A stretch of DNA of 11,303 nt from Candidatus Nanopusillus sp. GTDB lineage: Archaea > Nanobdellota > Nanobdellia > Nanobdellales > Nanobdellaceae. Under the pieces are notes generated by a model. That model saw only the letters and a program-made list of their open reading frames with translations, had not been told where the DNA came from and searched no databases. This document shows, in pieces, positions 6,732-11,303 of the stretch (position 1 is its first letter; the number at the start of each line of letters is the position of its first letter). Location: the NCBI GenBank assembly GCA_028276785.1, contig JAPYVP010000017.1:1-11303 (forward strand), read 5' to 3'. Made by a program: the position numbers and the translations under genes.

Positions 6732-6946
6732 TGTATATTATAAGCTTTTCCAGTAAATTTTTTGCCACAATGTGTACAATACCATATTCCATAAGATAAC
6801 CTTTTTACTGATATATTATTACAAAATGGACACTTTAATCTCTTATTTTTATATTTCTTTTCTGTTTCAGCTACAAGTTCTCTTATCTTCTTTCCATATC
6901 TAGAACCAAATCTTGCAGCAGGACCCAATAATTTAGTATGACTCAT
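6728..6946 (-). CDS. rpl37ae: 50S ribosomal protein L37Ae (eL43)
   Basis: GPAARFGSRYGKKIRELV, together with the zinc ribbon CPFC...GIWYCTHCGKKFTGKAY, is diagnostic of eL43. The protein is 72 aa. Confidence 0.93.
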   Translation of the reverse strand: MSHTKLLGPAARFGSRYGKKIRELVAETEKKYKNKRLKCPFCNNISVKRLSYGIWYCTHCGKKFTGKAYNIQ

Positions 6947-6958
6947 AATTTACATATA

Positions 6959-6978
6959 TTTTAAAAATGTTTTATAAA
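6959..6978. promoter_or_regulatory. two crossed TATA-like boxes in a 43-bp divergent intergenic region
   Basis: TTTTAAAAA (6959-6967) is centred about 27 nt upstream of the rps19e ATG (6990). The palindromic TTTATAAA (6971-6978) is centred about 28.5 nt upstream of the rpl37ae ATG (6946, minus strand). Each box therefore lies nearer the gene it does not serve. Confidence 0.35.
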
Positions 6979-6989
6979 TATTGCATATT

Positions 6990-7499
6990 ATGGTATCTGT
7001 AAGAGATGTGAATGGTCAAATGCTTGTAGAAAGATTAGCTAGATATCTATTTGAAAATTATAGAGATATAATAAAACCACCCAGCTGGGCATTTTTTATT
7101 AAAACAGGACCAGATAAGGAGAGAAATCCAGATTTTCCTCCAGATGTAGATTATGATGGTGGACCTGGATGGTGGTATTATAGAGCAGCATCGATTTTAA
7201 GAAAAGTATATTTATACGGACCTATTGGGGTTTCTAGATTAAGGAGAAAATATTCTGGATTAAGAAAAAGAGGAATGGAACCTGGAAAGGTTGTAAGAGG
7301 ATATGGAAAACTAATAAGGGAAATATTACATCAATTAGAAAATGCTGGATTAGTTATGAAAATAACTGAAGGAAAGAAAAAGGGAAGGGTTGTAACAAAT
7401 AATGGAAGAAGTTTATTAGATAAATTAGCCAATGAAATATATAAAGAATTAAATGACGAAAATAAGAATTTAATTAATTATATAAAATCCGTTTCATGA
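6990..7499 (+). CDS. rps19e: 30S ribosomal protein S19e (eS19)
   Basis: VRDVNGQMLVERLARYL, PPSWAFFIKTG, WWYYRAASILRKVYLYGPIGVSRLRRKYSG and LHQLENAGLV...GRVVTNNGRSLLDKLA match eS19. I prefer ATG 6990 (MVSVRDV) over the track's TTG at 6981. The protein carries a short insertion (DFPPDVDYDGGPG) before the WWY motif. Confidence 0.9.
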   Translation: MVSVRDVNGQMLVERLARYLFENYRDIIKPPSWAFFIKTGPDKERNPDFPPDVDYDGGPGWWYYRAASILRKVYLYGPIGVSRLRRKYSGLRKRGMEPGKVVRGYGKLIREILHQLENAGLVMKITEGKKKGRVVTNNGRSLLDKLANEIYKELNDENKNLINYIKSVS

Positions 7500-7966
7500 G
7501 AAGTATAAGCTTATGGGTTGAATTTTTGATATATACGGCATTTGCTATTTCTATACTTTCTTTTGTAATATACTTTGTTCATTTAACAGCTCAAAGTAAA
7601 CAGGATGAATTAAACTTAAAATATATTGTAAATTTATTGACAAATTTAAACTATCAAATAGAAACAATTGGATCTTGTTATTCATGTAATTATAAAGTTT
7701 TTGAAAATTTACCACCAAAAACAACCATATATATTTATCAGGGGAAAATAATGTGTATATATTATTCTACTGTAAATTATTCTCTACAAGTCCCTCCATA
7801 TATAAATTTAAATGTAACTAAATTATCTCCAAATAATTATAAATATAATTTTACTATTAATACAATCCCATTTAATTTATTAAATGGATCTAATCTTACA
7901 ATTACAAATAATCTATGTTTATTATTAGATAAAAATCAATCCGGTTTATATATTAGTTTATGCTAA
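7496..7966 (+). CDS. pilin-like membrane/secreted protein (156 aa), function unknown
   Basis: The start shares an ATGA with the rps19e stop. The N-terminus is MRS, then the hydrophobic ISLWVEFLIYTAFAISILSFVIYFV. The rest is N/Y/I-rich with 6 N-x-S/T sequons and 5 Cys (hand count). The N-terminus is paralogous to that of ORF 8400..8720. Confidence 0.65.
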   Translation: MRSISLWVEFLIYTAFAISILSFVIYFVHLTAQSKQDELNLKYIVNLLTNLNYQIETIGSCYSCNYKVFENLPPKTTIYIYQGKIMCIYYSTVNYSLQVPPYINLNVTKLSPNNYKYNFTINTIPFNLLNGSNLTITNNLCLLLDKNQSGLYISLC

Positions 7967-8403
7967 ATGCAAAAGAAATTAATATAATAACTATTGGAAC
8001 TACTTACATTATAACAAAAACAAATCCAATCTGGTGGATTATATAAAATAAAGTTTTCATTACAATATTTTAGTATACTTTTATTTACAATAAAGTATCC
8101 ATTAAAATAATAGCAACAATTTATATTATTTCTAGTACATTCTTGGATAGATAAATTATATGAAGATATACAAATGAAAGAAAAATTATAATTAATATAT
8201 TTTGTATAATTCTGAAAATATAATGTATAATTAGATATGTAAATATATCCAAGGTTTTTATATATGTATATTATTTGATCTTCAAAATTTTTTCCTACTA
8301 AATTTGGATTAATGTTATCTATTGGGGAAGGGTTATAATATGTAATAAAAGATAAAATAATAATAATTATAATTGTTGCTAATAATATATATTGAGATTT
8401 CAT
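7963..8403 (-). CDS. pilin-like membrane/secreted protein (146 aa), Cys-rich, function unknown
   Basis: ATGA overlap with the upstream 106-aa ORF. The N-terminus is MKSQ followed by YILLATIIIIIILSFITYY. The body has 6 sequons and 8 Cys (hand count). Its 3' end overlaps the convergent 156-aa ORF by 4 nt. Confidence 0.65.
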   Translation of the reverse strand: MKSQYILLATIIIIIILSFITYYNPSPIDNINPNLVGKNFEDQIIYIYKNLGYIYISNYTLYFQNYTKYINYNFSFICISSYNLSIQECTRNNINCCYYFNGYFIVNKSILKYCNENFILYNPPDWICFCYNVSSSNSYYINFFCI

Positions 8404-8720
8404 TTAAATATAATTAGTATATACGGATCAAAATAATCTTGGCCAGCATATAGATATTCAAATACTGGTTTATAATTTTGTATATATGTAGAATTTACTT
8501 GTTTTCCAAAATAACATACTGTGATATTATTATTTGTTAAGTTTATTATTTCATATATATATAGATTATTGTTGCATGAAGAATTTAAGTAAATTAAATT
8601 ATTGGGATCAAAAGTATAAATATTATAATTATTATATTTACTATAATAAGTATATAAAAAGAAAAATGTTAATATTGTTATTGAAAATGCTAATTCGACC
8701 AAAATTATCCAGCTCCTCAT
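8400..8720 (-). CDS. pilin-like membrane/secreted protein (106 aa), function unknown
   Basis: ATGA overlaps at both ends. The N-terminus MRSWIILVELAFSITILTFFFLY aligns with the 156-aa protein (MRS, VE[FL], AF[AS]I[ST]IL[ST]F). It has 4 sequons and 2 Cys. Confidence 0.6.
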   Translation of the reverse strand: MRSWIILVELAFSITILTFFFLYTYYSKYNNYNIYTFDPNNLIYLNSSCNNNLYIYEIINLTNNNITVCYFGKQVNSTYIQNYKPVFEYLYAGQDYFDPYILIIFK

Positions 8721-10924
8721 TTTATATATATTGTTAACTGATCTTTATATAATGTATTTACCATCGTATTATTTAATACATATATATTAAAGCTTTCAGA
8801 ATATCTGTAATTATTCGCAATATTCCCCACGTATATTGTACCGTTAAATACTGTTATATTTAAATTGTTAAAATAAAAATATACATCTTGATAATTTTTA
8901 GATATATTAATTAAATTATTTAAATTAATTATATTTATTGGTTCAATATAATTTATTTCGATATATGGAATTTGAGTAGAAAATGCTAAATATAGTGCTG
9001 TCTGTCTATCTAAATATGGATTTGAATATAGATAAAAATAGTAATTTAGATAACTATATTTATAATTTAATGTTGCATTTGTGAAATAAAGATTATTATA
9101 GTAGTCATATGATGAAGCATAAGAAATATTTATTATAGGATTATAATTTGTGTATAATATAGAATTTAAGTATCCTGAACAAAAAGATTGTATGTAGTAT
9201 CTTCTTAATATTATACCATTTTTATATTCATAATATAAATATCCATTATATAAATTGTCTAAATCAAATATTTTATTATAAATGTTCGTTGAGTTTAAAA
9301 TAAATCCATATTTGGGTTGAGAGGTATTCCAAAATATCATATCATTTGAATAATAATATTTTTGCGTATTAAATATATACCAATAAGTGTTAGAAAATAT
9401 TATATTCTTTATTGATAAATTTGTAGAATTGTATAAATATAATAGAGCTAATGAAGCATTATAAATATAGGGAGTTAAATTATAAGGCTCATATTCAGAA
9501 GTATAAAATGAAAATCCAATTATCAAATATAAAGAACATACATTTAAAAGAGTTGTTGGGATGGAATAATAGTTTCTATTATATGTATCTGTTAAATAAG
9601 AAAAATATGTTAAATTATTATTATATATTGCGAGATTATTATAAGAATCGGATAATAAAATTTTTCCCTTATTTAGATCGTTATATTGAGAAAAATCATA
9701 AGTTAAATTTGGACCTATAATAAATTTATAATTATTGGTTAAATTTGGTTGATAAATTATTTTCGTATTTGGTATTACATTATATGGAATTAAATTTATA
9801 TAATATGCATTAATATTTTGACCGGATATTTGCAATTTGGCATTATTTTTATCATTATAACAATAGTAGACATATAAAGAATTTTGATTTCCAGAAGATG
9901 GTAAATTTATATAACAATTATCTCCTAATTTTATATAAGCATTATAATAACTAGTGTTTTGAATATTAAATAATATTAAATAATTGCCTTTTGGAATGCT
10001 ATTATTATAAGTAATCTTAAAGATATTATATCGTATGCATAATCCAAAAAGATATTGAGAACAAGAATAAATATTATTTCCCGGATTCATATATGAAATA
10101 TTTATAGGAGTATCATTTGTCCAATATTGGCTAAATTGCTGATAATTTTGATAACTAAAATCATCATATACTGGAAATATTCTTTTTACATCACTTGAAT
10201 AAATGCTTATTCCATTTATTGGAGAAATATTTAATATTATATAACCATATGGGGGCATATTTAAACTAACCCAAATTCCATAGGCACCATTATTAAAGCT
10301 ATTACAATTTAAATTATCGTTTAAATAACAAAAATAATACTTATTTCCATTTAAATCTTTTACAGATAAATTGTAACCATTCTGTAGCCAATAAAATATA
10401 ACAGTAGAAGTTATGAATACAGGATAATTGATCAAATTTTGGTTTGATGGGTTTGAAACATTTATTAGAACATATTGAGGTTGACTATTATTTATATTAA
10501 AACTTGTAAAATTTGCATAGAAAAAAACCCCAACATTTGGATCTAAATATGTATTATTTGTATTATTTAATACTCCAGAATACTTTGTTAAAAAAGATAT
10601 ATTTATTGGATAATAAATTGGAAATGATGTACAAAAATCTTTGTATGCATTTTTATAAATTAAATCATCATATATTGGGGAATTTGGTAAACATTGATAA
10701 TACATAGATAAAGGTATCGAAACATTTAATGATAATAAATAATATTCACTTTCAATTGAATTTAATATATTGTTTATATAAGTATTATAATAATTTATTT
10801 GATTATAATTACTAATATTGCTTATTAAATATCCTTTATAAACTGTTAAATAAAATGTTAAAAATGAAATAAAAATTACAATGGCAATTATACCTTCTAT
10901 TTCTTTTATTATCCCTCTAACCAT
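8717..10924 (-). CDS. large pilin-like surface protein (735 aa) with a DUF2341-like region; candidate adhesin
   Basis: A 2.2-kb open frame in DNA this AT-rich cannot plausibly be chance. The N-terminus is MVRGIIKEIEG followed by IIAIVIFISFLTFYLTVY, where EG|IIAI fits the class III signal motif as I recall it. By hand count there are about 121 Asn, 112 Tyr, 29 N-x-S/T sequons and 10 Cys. Residues about 148-258 (YVLINVSNPSNQNLINYPVFIT...NLSVKDLNGNKYYFCYL...AYGIWVSLNMPPYGYIILNI...IFPVYDDFS) resemble the DUF2341 pattern. The start overlaps the ATPase gene by 16 nt. Confidence 0.85.
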   Translation of the reverse strand: MVRGIIKEIEGIIAIVIFISFLTFYLTVYKGYLISNISNYNQINYYNTYINNILNSIESEYYLLSLNVSIPLSMYYQCLPNSPIYDDLIYKNAYKDFCTSFPIYYPINISFLTKYSGVLNNTNNTYLDPNVGVFFYANFTSFNINNSQPQYVLINVSNPSNQNLINYPVFITSTVIFYWLQNGYNLSVKDLNGNKYYFCYLNDNLNCNSFNNGAYGIWVSLNMPPYGYIILNISPINGISIYSSDVKRIFPVYDDFSYQNYQQFSQYWTNDTPINISYMNPGNNIYSCSQYLFGLCIRYNIFKITYNNSIPKGNYLILFNIQNTSYYNAYIKLGDNCYINLPSSGNQNSLYVYYCYNDKNNAKLQISGQNINAYYINLIPYNVIPNTKIIYQPNLTNNYKFIIGPNLTYDFSQYNDLNKGKILLSDSYNNLAIYNNNLTYFSYLTDTYNRNYYSIPTTLLNVCSLYLIIGFSFYTSEYEPYNLTPYIYNASLALLYLYNSTNLSIKNIIFSNTYWYIFNTQKYYYSNDMIFWNTSQPKYGFILNSTNIYNKIFDLDNLYNGYLYYEYKNGIILRRYYIQSFCSGYLNSILYTNYNPIINISYASSYDYYNNLYFTNATLNYKYSYLNYYFYLYSNPYLDRQTALYLAFSTQIPYIEINYIEPINIINLNNLINISKNYQDVYFYFNNLNITVFNGTIYVGNIANNYRYSESFNIYVLNNTMVNTLYKDQLTIYIK

Positions 10925-11303
10925 AACCTCTTTCTAATTAAAGTTGGATCTGAACCTCCATGCCAAGAAACTCTAGGTTTCATTTGAACTGGATATATTC
11001 TTTCAGATTTATCATCTAAAATTAAAGCAGCACCCTTTTTCTTTGGTAAATTCTCATTCATATATATATCGATATCTTGTGCAGTAAAGTTTTTCATTAT
11101 TTCATTCAGAGATTTCAGATCTCGTTCTGCAGTTACTCTATGTGATATAACTATATCACTTTGGGTGATTACATCCGTATGCATTTTACCAGGTTGCTGA
11201 GTTGCTAATACTAATGTTATACCAGGTTGTCTTCCTTCTCTTATTATTTGTATTAATGGTTCTGTTGCTGGTGTAATTGATTCATTGGGAATTGCTTCAT
11301 GTG
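10909..11303 (-). CDS. FtsK/HerA-superfamily P-loop ATPase, C-terminal part only (N-terminus beyond the window end)
   Basis: The frame stays open upstream of the track's Met to the window edge: HEAIPNESITPATEPLIQIIREGRQPGITLVLATQQPGKMHTDVITQSDIVISHRVTAERDLKSL...PRVSWHGGSDP. The blocks EGRxxG(I/V)xLxLATQxP and (V/L)xxQxxxxIxxR are shared by the HerA (DUF87) and FtsK families. This does not look like the C-terminus of a PilB/FlaI-type ATPase. Confidence 0.8.
   Translation of the reverse strand, partial: HEAIPNESITPATEPLIQIIREGRQPGITLVLATQQPGKMHTDVITQSDIVISHRVTAERDLKSLNEIMKNFTAQDIDIYMNENLPKKKGAALILDDKSERIYPVQMKPRVSWHGGSDPTLIRKRLWLEG

Noticed and set aside
6981-6989. TTG start (MHIMVS...) given for rps19e in the ORF track
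   Set aside because: ATG at 6990 gives the typical eS19 N-terminus (MVSVRDV) and sits at leaderless distance from a TATA-like box. The TTG extension would overlap the promoter region. This is not excluded, just less likely.
9506-9556. Second hydrophobic stretch (LLNVCSLYLIIGFSFYT, aa ~457-473) of the 735-aa protein as a transmembrane helix
   Set aside because: It is short, interrupted by polar residues, and embedded in beta-strand-like sequence, so a buried strand is more likely. It needs a TM predictor to settle.
10521-10531. A7C4 homopolymer run inside the 735-aa gene as a possible phase-variation tract
   Set aside because: A/T runs of this length are common throughout this AT-rich window, and there is no evidence of a frameshifted continuation.
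8534-10707. Plus-strand ORFs 8534..8737, 9451..9720 and 10513..10707 inside the surface-protein cluster
   Set aside because: They are short and embedded antisense in much longer, ATGA-chained minus-strand ORFs. The 735-codon frame is far less likely to be accidental than these 64-89 codon frames.
8717-10924. Possibility that the 735-codon N/Y-rich ORF is a non-coding low-complexity artefact
   Set aside because: In DNA this AT-rich, stop codons (TAA/TAG/TGA) occur every few dozen bases in random frames, so 2.2 kb without one implies selection. It also has ATGA or 16-nt coupling at both ends and an organised N-terminal signal.
1-11303. Search for tRNA, split-tRNA, rRNA, CRISPR repeats, transposase or IS ends
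   Set aside because: No GC-rich islands of RNA-gene size exist. Every intergenic gap is 69 bp or less. I saw no regularly spaced direct repeats and no terminal inverted repeats flanking the cluster by eye. A computational scan (tRNAscan/Infernal, repeat finder) would be needed to be definitive.
10909-11303. Reading the ATPase as the canonical DNA-repair helicase HerA
   Set aside because: This is not adopted as the primary call because the downstream coupled gene is a pilin-like surface protein, not NurA/Mre11/Rad50. However, only the C-terminus is visible, so a bona fide HerA cannot be excluded without the upstream sequence.

Overview
This is extremely AT-rich archaeal DNA (roughly 20-25% G+C by eye, not computed) with almost no non-coding space. 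I support 19 protein genes. Two are absent from the supplied ORF track: a partial ORF at 1..299(-) and rpoP at 6591..6731(-). I recognise no rRNA, tRNA, CRISPR array, transposase or long repeat.

Positions 1-7499 are mostly housekeeping genes. They comprise two hypothetical paralogues, a small Toprim protein, a single-chain PriS+PriL-CTD primase, rpo7-spt4-gltX, prefoldin beta and SepF. A tightly overlapped minus-strand chain follows (rpl37ae-rpoP-pcc1-like-ZPR1-like), then rps19e.

Gene junctions are typically ATGA stop/start overlaps. Convergent genes overlap at their 3' ends. Divergent genes are only 43-68 bp apart, with TATA-like boxes about 25-28 nt upstream of the ATGs, which suggests leaderless mRNAs. 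The fused primase, the base composition and the compaction point to a reduced-genome DPANN/Nanoarchaeota-like symbiont. This is an inference.

The stand-out region is 7496-11303. The 3' part of an FtsK/HerA-superfamily ATPase gene is translationally coupled to a 735-aa protein and two small proteins, and a fourth small gene converges on them. All four have pilin-like N-termini (short polar leader plus one hydrophobic helix). Their bodies are Asn/Tyr-rich, charge-poor, dense in N-glycosylation sequons and contain Cys. I read this as a candidate undescribed surface filament, host-contact or transfer module. It cannot be proven from sequence alone.
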